Below are positions 10,132 through 19,854 of a stretch of DNA of 64,000 bases, in pieces (within the stretch, counting starts at the first letter, position 1; every line of letters starts with the position of its first letter). The translations under genes and the position numbers were made by a program. The DNA comes from Planctomycetota bacterium (lineage in GTDB: Bacteria; Planctomycetota; GCA-002687715; DRQF01), in assembly GCA_041402125.1 (NCBI GenBank), contig JAWKSY010000011.1, positions 5,977-69,976 of the forward strand, given 5' to 3'. Below the pieces are notes generated by a model. It was not told the origin of the DNA. It did no database searches and worked only from the letters and a program-made list of their open reading frames with translations.

Positions 10132-11208
10132 CTAACAGGGACGGGCGGCAGGGAGACCGGCGGTGACGCATCGGTCCTCGCGTCGCCAGCGCACCGTCGC
10201 TTCCGGTCGTCCGGGATCGGAGGCGAGCACCTCGCCCTCCTCCTCGCGCGCGCCGGCGGCGAGACAGAGTCGCGCGCGTCCCTCGCCGCCGTCGAGCGCG
10301 TGCAGGACGTGACCGAAAGTGTGACGGACGTTGAGGTCGGCCGGAACGGTCCAGTGCTCGCGCCCGTCCTCCATCGCGAGACGGAGGTCGAACCCGAAGG
10401 GGCCGTCGTGACCGGCGCTGCGCAGGGCCGCGGTGAGACGGGGAAGGAGCGCGCGCGCGCGCTCCCGGGCCGCCGCGTCGCTCGCATCGCCGTCCTCCTT
10501 GCCGAGCGCGCGCAGCGCGGCGGGCGCGCCGGACGCGGATTCCGCGCGATGGAGGTCGAGCCGGACGACCTCGCCCTCGCGCATCCGGCCGGCGGCGCCC
10601 CACTCGCGCGCGGCCGGACGCCAGACCTCGAAGACGAGCGCGCCCGCGAGGCCGAAGAGACGTTCGAGGTGGCGGACCGCGTCCGGATCGAGTTCGGCGC
10701 CGCTCCCCCGCCGTCGGAGTCGCCCGGCGGCGGACCAGCGCGCCTTCACGACCCAGGGCCGGTCGCCGGCCCGGGCCTCGAGCACGCGGCGCAGCTCGGG
10801 GAGATCCCGCACCACGACGCGATCGTCGTCCACGAGTTCCCGGGCGAGTCCGCCGCGGTCGTTCAGCTCGCGCGCTCGCGCCGCGGCCGCGGGGTCGCCG
10901 CCGAATCGCGCGGCGAGGGCGGCGGTGGGCGCCCAGGGCGCGATCCGCTCGCCGCGCGCGAGGCCGAGCTCGCGCCAGGTCGCCACGCGGACCCCGGTCT
11001 CGAGGAGCCGCGCGCCGAGGCGGACGCCCTCGAGACCCGGCGCCGCGATCCGGTCGCCGGGCGCCGCGAGGAGCGCCAGCAGGGCGGCGCGGGGCGCGAG
11101 CTCGGCCGGATCCGGCCAGGCGAGGCCCGGGGGAAGGGCGCGCCGTCCCGTCGCCTCGAGACACCAGTCCCGCTCGGCGCCGAGGTTCGCGATCCAGAGT
11201 CGCGTCAC
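10132..11208 (-). CDS. Hypothetical protein (weak ATP-grasp-like hint only)
   Basis: High-GC3 ORF. Its GTG start overlaps the upstream stop (GTGA). The segment DRPWVVKARWSAAGRLRRRGSG is faintly reminiscent of ATP-grasp P-loop regions. I recognise no family securely. Confidence 0.5.
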   Translation of the reverse strand: MTRLWIANLGAERDWCLEATGRRALPPGLAWPDPAELAPRAALLALLAAPGDRIAAPGLEGVRLGARLLETGVRVATWRELGLARGERIAPWAPTAALAARFGGDPAAAARARELNDRGGLARELVDDDRVVVRDLPELRRVLEARAGDRPWVVKARWSAAGRLRRRGSGAELDPDAVRHLERLFGLAGALVFEVWRPAAREWGAAGRMREGEVVRLDLHRAESASGAPAALRALGKEDGDASDAAARERARALLPRLTAALRSAGHDGPFGFDLRLAMEDGREHWTVPADLNVRHTFGHVLHALDGGEGRARLCLAAGAREEEGEVLASDPGRPEATVRWRREDRCVTAGLPAARPC

Positions 11209-12023
11209 CGCGGACGGCCGCCGGGCGCGGTGGGGAGCTCGGCCTCGAGCCGCGCGACGAAGTCCGCGTCGAGCCCGGCCGCGAAGCGGGCAGCCCGGTC
11301 GAACTCGCGCCCCCGGGCGCGACCGGCGCGATGCTCGCCGCCGATCGACTCGACAAAGACCGACCAGTCGTCGCGCGCGGGATCCTTCAGGCGGCGGAAC
11401 CAGGTCCAGGCGAAGGCGACGTGTCCGACCTCGTCCGCGTGGACGATCTCGAGCGCCTCCGCGGTCTCGACGTCACCCGCCTCGCGTGAGACGCGGAGCT
11501 GGTCGCGGGCGAAGTCGAGGTTGGCGTTCTCGAGGACGAGGCCCATGCGGCAGACGAAGTCGAGCGGCGTGCGCAGGCCGTCGAGATCGCGCCAGAAGTG
11601 CCCGCTCACCGGGTGGTCACCGAAGGCGGCGCCGAGCGCCTCGAGCCGCTCGATATAGAGGACGGCGTGGCGCTGCTCCTCCGCCGCGATGCGGAGGAGC
11701 CCGCGCCGGAACTGCGGATCGGCGTCGGGAAAGGCGAGCAGACCCCAGGCGAAGAGCTCGGCCGCCTGGAGCTCGTGGTTCGCCCAGGCGTGGAGGATGC
11801 GCGCGCGTTGGGCGGGATCCGCCCAGCCCGACAGCGGCGGCACCGGCGCCCGTCGCCCGGCGACGATGGCGAGCTCCGGATCGCGGACGGGCGCGTCGAG
11901 GCGGAGCGGGGCGCCGCGTTCCTCGTCCACGAGGTCGTCCGGCGGCGGGGAGAGCTTGCTCGCGACATCGCCCCGCTCGAGGAGCGAGAGCGCGAACTCC
12001 CGGAAGGTCCGGGGAGACGTCAC
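11205..12023 (-). CDS. DUF455 ferritin-like protein
   Basis: HAWANHELQAAELFAWGLLAFPD, AAEEQRHAVLY and VHADEVGHVAFAWTWF (di-iron-type E/H motifs). The GTG start overlaps the kinase stop (GTGA). The longer track ORF 11205..12992 is a spurious extension. Confidence 0.7.
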   Translation of the reverse strand: MTSPRTFREFALSLLERGDVASKLSPPPDDLVDEERGAPLRLDAPVRDPELAIVAGRRAPVPPLSGWADPAQRARILHAWANHELQAAELFAWGLLAFPDADPQFRRGLLRIAAEEQRHAVLYIERLEALGAAFGDHPVSGHFWRDLDGLRTPLDFVCRMGLVLENANLDFARDQLRVSREAGDVETAEALEIVHADEVGHVAFAWTWFRRLKDPARDDWSVFVESIGGEHRAGRARGREFDRAARFAAGLDADFVARLEAELPTAPGGRPR

Positions 12024-15000
12024 GGCCCGGTCTCGAGGACCCGGACGGCCCGCACGCCGTGATCGTCGCCGTAGTCCTTGGGGCTCAGCGTGTCGCGGAA
12101 GCTGACGCGGGCCTCGCGGGTGGTGTCGTGGAACCCGCCGCCCCGCAGGACGACGGCGGGGCTCAACGGCACCGCGAGATCGCCCCGGCCGTCGAGACGC
12201 GAGACGAAGAAGGGCGCGAAGGTGTCGTCGCTGAACTCCCGGACGTTCGACAGCACGTCGTGGATGCCCCAGGGGTTCGGCTCGCGACCGACGACCGGCG
12301 CGTGGAAGGGGTAGCCGTCGCGGAATCCGGGCCAGTCGTCGATCTCGGGCCAGCGAGCGCCCTTCTCGCGCGCGCTCTCGTCCGCGATGTTGAGATGGCC
12401 GCGCAGCGTCTCCCGATCGCGGCCGGTGTACCAGGGCGCGTCGGTCCCGGCGCGGGCCATCCATTCCCACTGCGCCTCGGTGGGGAGCGCGAGACCGAGC
12501 CGCCGCAGCGTCTCGCCCGCGTCCTCCCAGGTCATGCCTTCGACGGGGTGCAGACCGGTGACCTCGACGTCGGCCGGGGCGCGGCCGATCTCGTACTGGC
12601 TGGGATTCCGGCCCGTCGCCCGCACCCACTGCGCCTGGGTCATCTCGTACTTCGACACGAGATAGGGATCGAGGCGCACGGAGACGAGCGGGCTCTCGAG
12701 GCTCGCGATCGCCATCGGATCGAAGCGGGGCGCCTCGGGGTCCTCCGCCTGGGCCCCCATGATCGTGTCGCCGCCCGGGACGAGGACGAGGACCATGCCC
12801 CAGCGCTCGTCGAACGCCAGCGCGCCGTCCTCCCCGCGCCGCGGGATGTCGCCCTCGTGCGAGAGGAGGTGCAGGAACTCCTCGAGCCCCGACCGCGGAT
12901 CGGGCCCGAGCGGCACGAGCCCGACCTGCGGGACGAGGACGAGGCCGGCGAAGCGTTCGTCGGCCGCGACCCGCGCGGCGGCGGCGCGCCACTCCGACGC
13001 GAAGTCGTCGACGGTGCGCTCGCGGACGGTCTCGGCGTAGCGCAGCCGGGCCGCGACCTCGTCGCGCAGCCCACCCTCGGCGAGGAAGTCTTCCATGCGC
13101 GCGAGGTGGGTGCCCAGGATCGCGTACTGCCAGGTGTCGCGGAACTCCTCGAACTTCGCGGTCCGCGGCGTCTTCACGAGCTCTCGCAGCTCGGAGAGCT
13201 TCGCCTCGATGTCGATCGCGCCCTGGCGGAACAGCCCGCGGGCCCGCTCGTCGGGCCCCTCCTCGGCGAGGCGCTCGACCTCGACGAGCTGCTCCTCGAG
13301 ACCCTCGATCTGCCGGAACTCGGTCCCGTAGTCGAAGCGGAAGTCCTCCTCGCCGTAGGGTCGGGCGCGCTCGAGCACCGCCTTCATCGCGCGGCGGTGC
13401 AGCGGGAGGCGCTCGACGAGCTCGTCGGCCTTCGCGAGCCAGCGCTTCATCCCGTCGGCGATCGCCATCTCGGGCGGATGGAGCAGCTCCTCCTCCTCGA
13501 TGAGGGCCTCGAGGAGGCGCGAGTCCGAGAGACGCTGCACGTCCTCGAGCGCGAGGCGGTATCGTTCGGCCGCGGCGGCGGCCTCCCGCTCGTTGCGCCG
13601 CGCGGTCTCCTCGGCCTCCCGCGCGACGCGGGCGCTCTCGGCCGCCTCGCCCTCGCGCTTCGCCGCGAGCGCGGCCTGCTCGTCGGCGCGACGCCGCTCG
13701 CGGACCGAGACGACGAGCCCCACGGTGAGGACGACCAGCGCGCCGATCACGGCGGCGGCGACGACGCGACGGGCGCGGCGCGCCAGCCGTTCGGAGCGTC
13801 GACGCTCCGCGAGCTCGTCGCGCGCGCGGGTCGCGAGGGCGAGGCCCTCCTCCTCCTCGTCGCCCTCGAGGTGCGAGAGCGCGAGGGCGTGGTCGCCGGC
13901 CGCCACCGCGGCGCGCGCGAAGGCGCGGCGGGTGACGCGCTCCCCCTCGGCGGCGCGATCGTTCCGGTCCCAGAGCCGTCGGGCCTGGCGGAATCCGGCC
14001 AGGATCTCCGAGAGCTCGCCGTAGAGCGCCCCGCGCGCGGCGGGATCGCGGGCGCCCTCCTCGACGGCGCCGAGTTGCTCGAGGCGCCGCCGCGCGTCGC
14101 GGGCGATCGCGAGGCTCTCCTCGTGCTCGAGGCAGTCGCGCAGCGCGGCGGCGAACCCGGCGACGCTCGCGAAGCGATCCGCCGGCTCCCGCGCCATCCC
14201 GCGCTCACAGATCTCGACGAGCTCGCGGGGCGCGCCGTCTCCGTACCGGCGAGCGCCGCCGCTGCGGGCCGCGTCGAGGACCGACTTCACGTCGGGGCCG
14301 CGGTTCGGCGTGCGCCCCTCCAGGATCTCGTAGAGGATCGCCGCGAGGAGGTGGACGTCGGTCCAGGGGCCGATGTCGGCGCCGCGGCCCTCGGCCAGCT
14401 CGGACGGCATGTAGGCCGGCGTGCCGCAGAGGGAGCGGACGCTCGAGTGGTGACGCGTGCGGGGCAGCTCGACCTCGGACTCCGGACGGCAGGAGACCGC
14501 GAGGCCCCAGTCCATCACGAAGACCTCGCCGAACTCCCCGACCATCACGTTCTCGGGCTTGAGGTCGCAGTGCACGATGCCGCGGCTGTGCGCGAAGTTC
14601 ACCGCGTTGCAGACCGCGAGCAGCACCTCGAGATGCCGGCGGCGATCGAAGCGCTCGGCCGCGTCGCGGTCCCGCGACGAACGCGGATGGAGGAGCCGCT
14701 TCCAGCTCCGCCCGCCGACGAGCTTCATGGCGAGGAAGGCCTCGCCGGCGGCGTTCACGCCGAGATCGTGGACGGGAACGATGTTCGGGTGGTCGAGATA
14801 GCCGGTGACCAGGGCCTCGGACACGAACTGCGCCCGCGGCCCGGGCGCCCCGCGACGGTCGAGCAGGCGCTTGATCGCCACCTCGCGGCGGAGGACGGCC
14901 TGCCGCGCGCGGAAGACCACGCCCATGCCGCCGCGGCCGAGTTCCTCGAGGATCTCGTAGCCCCGCTCGCCGGCGGCGACGACGGTCCCGCCCGCGACGT

Positions 15001-15148
15001 CGCCGGTGGGCAGGGTCTCCTCGCGCCCGGTCTCGGCGCTGAGCGCCTCGGCGAAGAAGCTCGTCGCCTCGCCCGCCTCGGGCGGACGGGCGCGGATCGT
15101 CCGTCCGGGATCGTCGCGGGTGTCTTCGGGCGTCGTCGGATCGTTCAT
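12020..15148 (-). CDS. Ser/Thr protein kinase fused to a coiled-coil/TM region and a C-terminal FGE-sulfatase (SUMF1-like) domain
   Basis: Kinase motifs GRGGMGVVFRA, VAIK, HCDLKPENV, DWGLA and GTPAYMPSE. The C-terminal part has FGE-like motifs (YLVSKYEMTQAQW, PVEGMTWEDA, LPTEAQWEW, GIHDVLSNVREF, LRGGGF). Confidence 0.85.
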   Translation of the reverse strand: MNDPTTPEDTRDDPGRTIRARPPEAGEATSFFAEALSAETGREETLPTGDVAGGTVVAAGERGYEILEELGRGGMGVVFRARQAVLRREVAIKRLLDRRGAPGPRAQFVSEALVTGYLDHPNIVPVHDLGVNAAGEAFLAMKLVGGRSWKRLLHPRSSRDRDAAERFDRRRHLEVLLAVCNAVNFAHSRGIVHCDLKPENVMVGEFGEVFVMDWGLAVSCRPESEVELPRTRHHSSVRSLCGTPAYMPSELAEGRGADIGPWTDVHLLAAILYEILEGRTPNRGPDVKSVLDAARSGGARRYGDGAPRELVEICERGMAREPADRFASVAGFAAALRDCLEHEESLAIARDARRRLEQLGAVEEGARDPAARGALYGELSEILAGFRQARRLWDRNDRAAEGERVTRRAFARAAVAAGDHALALSHLEGDEEEEGLALATRARDELAERRRSERLARRARRVVAAAVIGALVVLTVGLVVSVRERRRADEQAALAAKREGEAAESARVAREAEETARRNEREAAAAAERYRLALEDVQRLSDSRLLEALIEEEELLHPPEMAIADGMKRWLAKADELVERLPLHRRAMKAVLERARPYGEEDFRFDYGTEFRQIEGLEEQLVEVERLAEEGPDERARGLFRQGAIDIEAKLSELRELVKTPRTAKFEEFRDTWQYAILGTHLARMEDFLAEGGLRDEVAARLRYAETVRERTVDDFASEWRAAAARVAADERFAGLVLVPQVGLVPLGPDPRSGLEEFLHLLSHEGDIPRRGEDGALAFDERWGMVLVLVPGGDTIMGAQAEDPEAPRFDPMAIASLESPLVSVRLDPYLVSKYEMTQAQWVRATGRNPSQYEIGRAPADVEVTGLHPVEGMTWEDAGETLRRLGLALPTEAQWEWMARAGTDAPWYTGRDRETLRGHLNIADESAREKGARWPEIDDWPGFRDGYPFHAPVVGREPNPWGIHDVLSNVREFSDDTFAPFFVSRLDGRGDLAVPLSPAVVLRGGGFHDTTREARVSFRDTLSPKDYGDDHGVRAVRVLETGP

Positions 15149-15344
15149 GCGGGGCTCTCGGGGGGCGCGGTCCCGAGCGTATCAGTCCGGCATCACGCGC
15201 GCACGGACCGCGCGGTCGCGCGCCGCGGGAAGCGGGCTGAAACCGGTCGTCCCGGGGCACTTGGGACCGCCCGAGCGCACGGACGAGGCCCGTCTGCTAT
15301 AAGGTGCCGACGGGAGTGGACCCCTCACACGGGGCGGGAGAGTC

Positions 15345-17207
15345 ATGTCACTGCTACTCCGTTCGGTGAGCCGGCGCTACGGCGCCCAGCTCGCCCTCGA
15401 CGCCGTCGACCTCGAGGTCCGACCCGGCGAATGCGTCGGCTTCATCGGCCACAACGGGGCCGGCAAGACGACCGCGATGCGCGTCGCGCTGGGCCTCGTC
15501 GAGCCGAGCTCGGGCGCCGCCTTCGTGGACGGCTTCGCGGTGCGACGCCATCCGCGCGAGGCCCACGCCCGCATGGGCGCCCTCATCGAGCGCCCCTCCT
15601 TCTTCGACGGGCTGGACGCCGGCCGCAACCTCCGCCGCCTCGCCGCCGCCCAGGGCCTCGCCGCGGGCGAACGGAAGCGCGAGATCGAGCGCGTCCTGGG
15701 GCTCGTCGGTCTCGCCGAGGTCGGCGGAAAGCGCGTCGGAGCCTTCTCGCAGGGCATGCGACAGCGCCTCGGGATCGCGCAGGCCCTGCTCGGCTCGCCG
15801 CGGTACCTCCTCCTCGACGAGCCGGCCAACGGCCTCGATCCGGAGGGCCTCGCGGAGATGCGGGCCCTCGTCGAGCGGCTCGCCCACGAGGAAGGTCACG
15901 GCATCCTCCTCTCGAGCCACCTCCTCGGCGAGGTCGCCGAGGTCTGCGACCGCATCGCGGTCATGAAGTCGGGGCGCCTCCTCCTCGAAGGCCCCTGCGG
16001 GGAGATCCTCGCCCGCGGCGGACGCGCGCAGCGCCTCGTGACGACCGAGTCCGACCGCGCGGCCGCGCTCCTCGCCGCCCGGGGGCTCGAGGTCGGTCGA
16101 CGCGGCGAGGAGCTGCGCTTCGACCCGGACGGACAGCCGCTCGAGGAGATCGCCCGCGAACTCGTCGCGGCCGGGGTGCCGCTCCGCGCCTTCGCCCCCG
16201 AGCGGGCCTCGCTGGAGGCCATCTACCTCGGCCTCGAGCGCGACGCCGCCGCGCCGGCACTCCGCGAGGACCCCGCCCCCGAACCGGCTCCGGTGAAGAC
16301 CCCGGGGTTCGGCGTCTGGCGCGCGTTCCGCTGGGAGCTCTCGCGGCTCTTCGGCGGCGTCGCGGGCTGGGCCCTCCTGCTCGCGCCGGCGCTCATCGCC
16401 GTGGTCGCGATCGGCCGGCGCGCGGCCGCGGAGGCCGCGCGCTCCGAGAAGCTCGCGGCGGAGGGGATCTTCCACGAGCGCGCCACCGCCTTCGGCGCGG
16501 TCGCGCACGGCCTCGCGCCCTCGCTCCCCCTGCTCGCGGTGCTCCTGGCCCTGCTCGCCAGCCAGTCGATCGCCGGCGAGCTCGGACGCGGCACCCTGCG
16601 GAATCTCGTCCTGCGGCCCTTCCGGCGCTGGGAGATCCTCGTCGGCAAGGCCGCGGCCCTCGGCGGCGCGGCCCTCCTCGCCTACGGCCTCCTCGCGGCG
16701 GGCGTCCTCGGCGCCTCCGCCTGGTGGTTCGACTTCGTCGGCCTGGCCGAGGTGCTCCCGAACGGCGAGCTCTTCGAGACCGTCGCCGCCGACGACCTCC
16801 GACCGGCGCTGAAGGACGTCTTCCTGCACTCGCTCGCGCCGCTGCTCGGCTTCGCGGGGCTGGGCTTTCTCTGCGGCGCGATCGTCCGCCAGGGCACGAC
16901 CGCCCTCGGCCTGACCTTGCTCGCCTGGTATCTCGAAGCCGTCGTGCGGGGCGACCTCGCCGAACGCGCGCGCGACCTCGATGCGGCGGACGGCGCCGCG
17001 CTGCACCCGCGCTGGATGCTCTCGAGCTACCTCCCCTCGGTCTTCGGCGACACGAGCTCGCCGGTGCGCCGCTACGAGGATCTCGCCGGGGGCGTCAGCG
17101 ACGCCGCCCGCGTCTTCCAGGACACCCTCTTCCGCGCCCCGCTCGCCTGGGCGGTCCTGGCGCTCCTGCTCTCCTTCCCGTTCTTCTCGCGGAGATCGAT
17201 CTCGTGA
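15345..17207 (+). CDS. Fused ABC transporter: ATP-binding domain plus ABC-2-type permease
   Basis: Walker A GHNGAGKTT, signature FSQGMRQR and Walker B LLLDEP. The C-terminal half has about 6 TM helices. Confidence 0.85.
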   Translation: MSLLLRSVSRRYGAQLALDAVDLEVRPGECVGFIGHNGAGKTTAMRVALGLVEPSSGAAFVDGFAVRRHPREAHARMGALIERPSFFDGLDAGRNLRRLAAAQGLAAGERKREIERVLGLVGLAEVGGKRVGAFSQGMRQRLGIAQALLGSPRYLLLDEPANGLDPEGLAEMRALVERLAHEEGHGILLSSHLLGEVAEVCDRIAVMKSGRLLLEGPCGEILARGGRAQRLVTTESDRAAALLAARGLEVGRRGEELRFDPDGQPLEEIARELVAAGVPLRAFAPERASLEAIYLGLERDAAAPALREDPAPEPAPVKTPGFGVWRAFRWELSRLFGGVAGWALLLAPALIAVVAIGRRAAAEAARSEKLAAEGIFHERATAFGAVAHGLAPSLPLLAVLLALLASQSIAGELGRGTLRNLVLRPFRRWEILVGKAAALGGAALLAYGLLAAGVLGASAWWFDFVGLAEVLPNGELFETVAADDLRPALKDVFLHSLAPLLGFAGLGFLCGAIVRQGTTALGLTLLAWYLEAVVRGDLAERARDLDAADGAALHPRWMLSSYLPSVFGDTSSPVRRYEDLAGGVSDAARVFQDTLFRAPLAWAVLALLLSFPFFSRRSIS

Positions 17208-18253
17208 CGACGATCCGCCTCGCCGCCCTCGCGGGCACGCTCCTCCTCGGGGCCTGCGCCGCCCTCTCCCGCCCCCTCCCCGAGGCGCAGCCGCCGCTCG
17301 CCGACATGGAGGAGCCCCTCGCGCTCATGGAAGAACCCCAGGACGAGGAGGCCCGCCTCGCCCTGCCGGTGGGCGGCTTCACCGGCGTCTACGTGAAGAC
17401 CGGCGCCGAGACGCTCGACGAGCTCGCGGAGGGCGCCGACGGCGTCCTCGTCGAGCGCGTGGTCGAGAACTCGCCGGGCGCGATCGCGGGTCTCGCGGAG
17501 GGCGACCTCCTGCTCGAGGCCCGGGGGCCGCGCGACGCGGGCCCCGTCGAGCTCGCCTTCCCGAGCCGCTGGCGCGAGGTCGAGCTCGCGAGTCGCGAGG
17601 GCGACGAGATCGCCGTCCTCTACGACCGCGCGGGGGCCGAGCGCGAGACGACCGTCCGCGTCGTGCGCCGTCTCGCCCCGCCGGATCGCGAGGCCGGCGA
17701 GCGCTTCCGCGAGGAGAAGAAGGTCGGGATCGTGGTGCGCACCGCGACGGAGGTGGAGGCGCGCGGCGCCGGCCTCGGTCCCGGCGGCGGCGCCGTCGTC
17801 GTCGGCCTGTCGAAGGCGAGCCCCTGGCGCGCCGCGGGACTGCGCTTCGGCGACGTCATCGTCGAGGCGGCGGGCCGCCGCGTCGAGCACCCGCAGGTGG
17901 TCCTGGACGTGATCCGCGCGCGCGACTCGGACGACCGCGTCGACCTCCGCGTCCGCCGCGGCGAGGAGGACCTCGCGGTGGACGCGCCGCTCTCCCGCCG
18001 GCAGAGCGAGGCGCAGGAGGTCTCGGTGCCGCCGCTGTTCGGCTGGGAGTCGAAGGGCGAGCGCAGCTCCTGGTCCTTCCTCCTCGGCTTCCTCGGCTAC
18101 GAGGAGACGGCCGCCGCCTGGCGGGGGAAGTTCCTCTGGTTCATCACCTTCGGCGGCGGCGACGTCGACGCCCTCGAGGAGGTCGAGAGTTCCGAGGTCG
18201 ACACGCTCGCCCCCGCTCCGGCGGACGAGGGCGCGGCGGAGGCGCGACCGTGA
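17204..18253 (+). CDS. Lipoprotein with two PDZ-like domains
   Basis: The GTG start overlaps the ABC stop (GTGA). Signal peptide with lipobox LLLGAC. Two PDZ-like segments (GVLVERVVENSPGAIAGLAEGDLLLE and GAVVVGLSKASPWRAAGLRFGDVIVEAAG). This is the only credible part of the 2606-aa track ORF. Confidence 0.7.
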   Translation: MTTIRLAALAGTLLLGACAALSRPLPEAQPPLADMEEPLALMEEPQDEEARLALPVGGFTGVYVKTGAETLDELAEGADGVLVERVVENSPGAIAGLAEGDLLLEARGPRDAGPVELAFPSRWREVELASREGDEIAVLYDRAGAERETTVRVVRRLAPPDREAGERFREEKKVGIVVRTATEVEARGAGLGPGGGAVVVGLSKASPWRAAGLRFGDVIVEAAGRRVEHPQVVLDVIRARDSDDRVDLRVRRGEEDLAVDAPLSRRQSEAQEVSVPPLFGWESKGERSSWSFLLGFLGYEETAAAWRGKFLWFITFGGGDVDALEEVESSEVDTLAPAPADEGAAEARP

Positions 18254-19854
18254 TCGGGCGCGCGACGCTGGCCGTCGTCCTCGTCGCCGCGTCCGCGGCG
18301 GCGCAGTCGAAGTCGCTCGGGCGCTCCGACGTGATCCAGGCCCCCGAGGGCTTCCGCTGCGGCGGATTCCTCGTGGCCGACCAGGACGCGGACGGGAAGC
18401 TCGACGTCCTGCTCGCGGTGCGCGCGGAGGAGGACGAGTGGAAGCGCGGCCTCCGCCTCCACCGACAGCGCGCGGAGGGCGCGGCCTTCTCGCCGACCCC
18501 CGACGCCGAGCTCGCCGACGTCTCGCCGGACGTCGTCGCGGTCGCCCTCGCCGACGTCCACGCGGATCCGGGTCGCGAGGTGTTGCTCCTCTCGGCGCGG
18601 CGCATCGCGATGTGGCGGCCGCTCGCGAAGGGCGCGGATCGGATCGCGATCCTCGCCGAGTCGGAGCTCCTCTGGCAGGTCGCGAAGCCGGGCAAGATCG
18701 TCGGCCTGCGCGGCCTCGTCCGCGATCTGAACGGCGACGGACGCGACGATCTCGTCCTGCCGGAGCCGGACGGCTACCGCGTCCTGCTCGGCCGCGCGGA
18801 GGGCGGCTTCGCCCCGCCGGCGCGGCTGCTCGTACCGCCGGACCCGCCGGACGGCGCGGAGGGCGGCGGCGTCATCCAGCGCCGGGGCAACCGCATCGAG
18901 CTCAACCTGCGCCTGGACGGCGGCAGCGCCGAGGGCATGTCGAACAGTCCGGGCAGCGGTCCGCCCGGGCTCAGCCTCCGCGAACCGCTCCTCGACGTCG
19001 AGGAGCGGATCCCCGCCCCCGCCCTCGCGGACTTCGACGGCGACGGACGCCTCGACCTCATCTCGCGGAGCGAGGCCCGCGTCTCGGTCTGGCCCCAGGC
19101 CGCGGGCTGGGTCGCCCGTCCCGCGCGCCGCATGGTCGCGCCCGTCGTCGCCGATCGCTCGCGGCGCGTGGACGTCTCCTACAGCACGCACTTCACGGAC
19201 CTCGACGGGGACCGCCGCTGCGACGCCGTCATCCTCGCCGGCGACCAGCGGGCCGACGAGCCGCGCACGCAGGTGCTCGTCTTCCGGCAGGGCGCGGGCG
19301 AGAAGACCGAGGGCGAACCGCTCTTCGGCGAGCGAGGCATCCCGCAGCAGCTCCTCGTCCTCGGCGGATTCGCGGGACAGACGCACCTCACCGACATCGA
19401 CGGCGACGGCGCGCCGGAACTCGTCGTCGGCGTGCTGCGGCCGGAGGGCGGCCTCGGCGGGCTCACGGGCGGCAAGGAGGAGGTCGAGGTCGAACTCCTC
19501 GCCTTCCGCAACCGCCGCGGGACCTTCTCGAAGGAGCCGGAGATCCGGCTCCCGATCGAGCTGAAGGTCAAGGGTCTGCGCGACGCCTCGCGCGAGACGC
19601 TGATGCGCTTCTTCGCCGACCTCACCGGAGACGGCGTGCGCGAGCTCATCGTGCGCGACAAGCCCACGCGCCTGCGCGCCCTCTTCACCCGACGGGATCC
19701 GAAGGGCGGCCTCTCGGTGATCACGAAGCCCCTCTGGGAGCTCCGCATCGACGAGGGCGCCGACCTCGAGATCCCCGAGCTCGGTCCCGGCGAGCCGCCC
19801 TGGCTCGCGGTGCGCGAGGACCGCCAGATCCTCCTCGTGAGGTTCGGATCATGA
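18250..19854 (+). CDS. Secreted FG-GAP/VCBS repeat protein
   Basis: The GTG start overlaps the upstream stop (GTGA). Signal peptide present. Repeated DxDxDG loops (DQDADGKLD, DLNGDGRDD, DFDGDGRLD, DLDGDRRCD, DIDGDGAPE, DLTGDGVRE). Confidence 0.75.
   Translation: MIGRATLAVVLVAASAAAQSKSLGRSDVIQAPEGFRCGGFLVADQDADGKLDVLLAVRAEEDEWKRGLRLHRQRAEGAAFSPTPDAELADVSPDVVAVALADVHADPGREVLLLSARRIAMWRPLAKGADRIAILAESELLWQVAKPGKIVGLRGLVRDLNGDGRDDLVLPEPDGYRVLLGRAEGGFAPPARLLVPPDPPDGAEGGGVIQRRGNRIELNLRLDGGSAEGMSNSPGSGPPGLSLREPLLDVEERIPAPALADFDGDGRLDLISRSEARVSVWPQAAGWVARPARRMVAPVVADRSRRVDVSYSTHFTDLDGDRRCDAVILAGDQRADEPRTQVLVFRQGAGEKTEGEPLFGERGIPQQLLVLGGFAGQTHLTDIDGDGAPELVVGVLRPEGGLGGLTGGKEEVEVELLAFRNRRGTFSKEPEIRLPIELKVKGLRDASRETLMRFFADLTGDGVRELIVRDKPTRLRALFTRRDPKGGLSVITKPLWELRIDEGADLEIPELGPGEPPWLAVREDRQILLVRFGS

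Noticed and set aside
15298-15303. Isolated -10-like hexamers: TATAAG at 15298, TACAAT at 21874 and TAGATT at 23376
   Set aside because: They stand out in GC-rich spacers and sit 40-70 nt upstream of starts. None has a convincing -35 partner at 16-18 nt, so I do not call them promoters.
10433-18253. 2606-aa ORF on the plus strand
   Set aside because: Most of it is an R/A/P/G-rich shadow frame running antisense to well-supported minus-strand genes (the 10132..11208 hypothetical gene, the DUF455 gene and the kinase gene) or out of frame with the ABC gene. Only its last 350 codons (17204..18253, the PDZ lipoprotein) look real. Long open off-frames are expected at this GC content.
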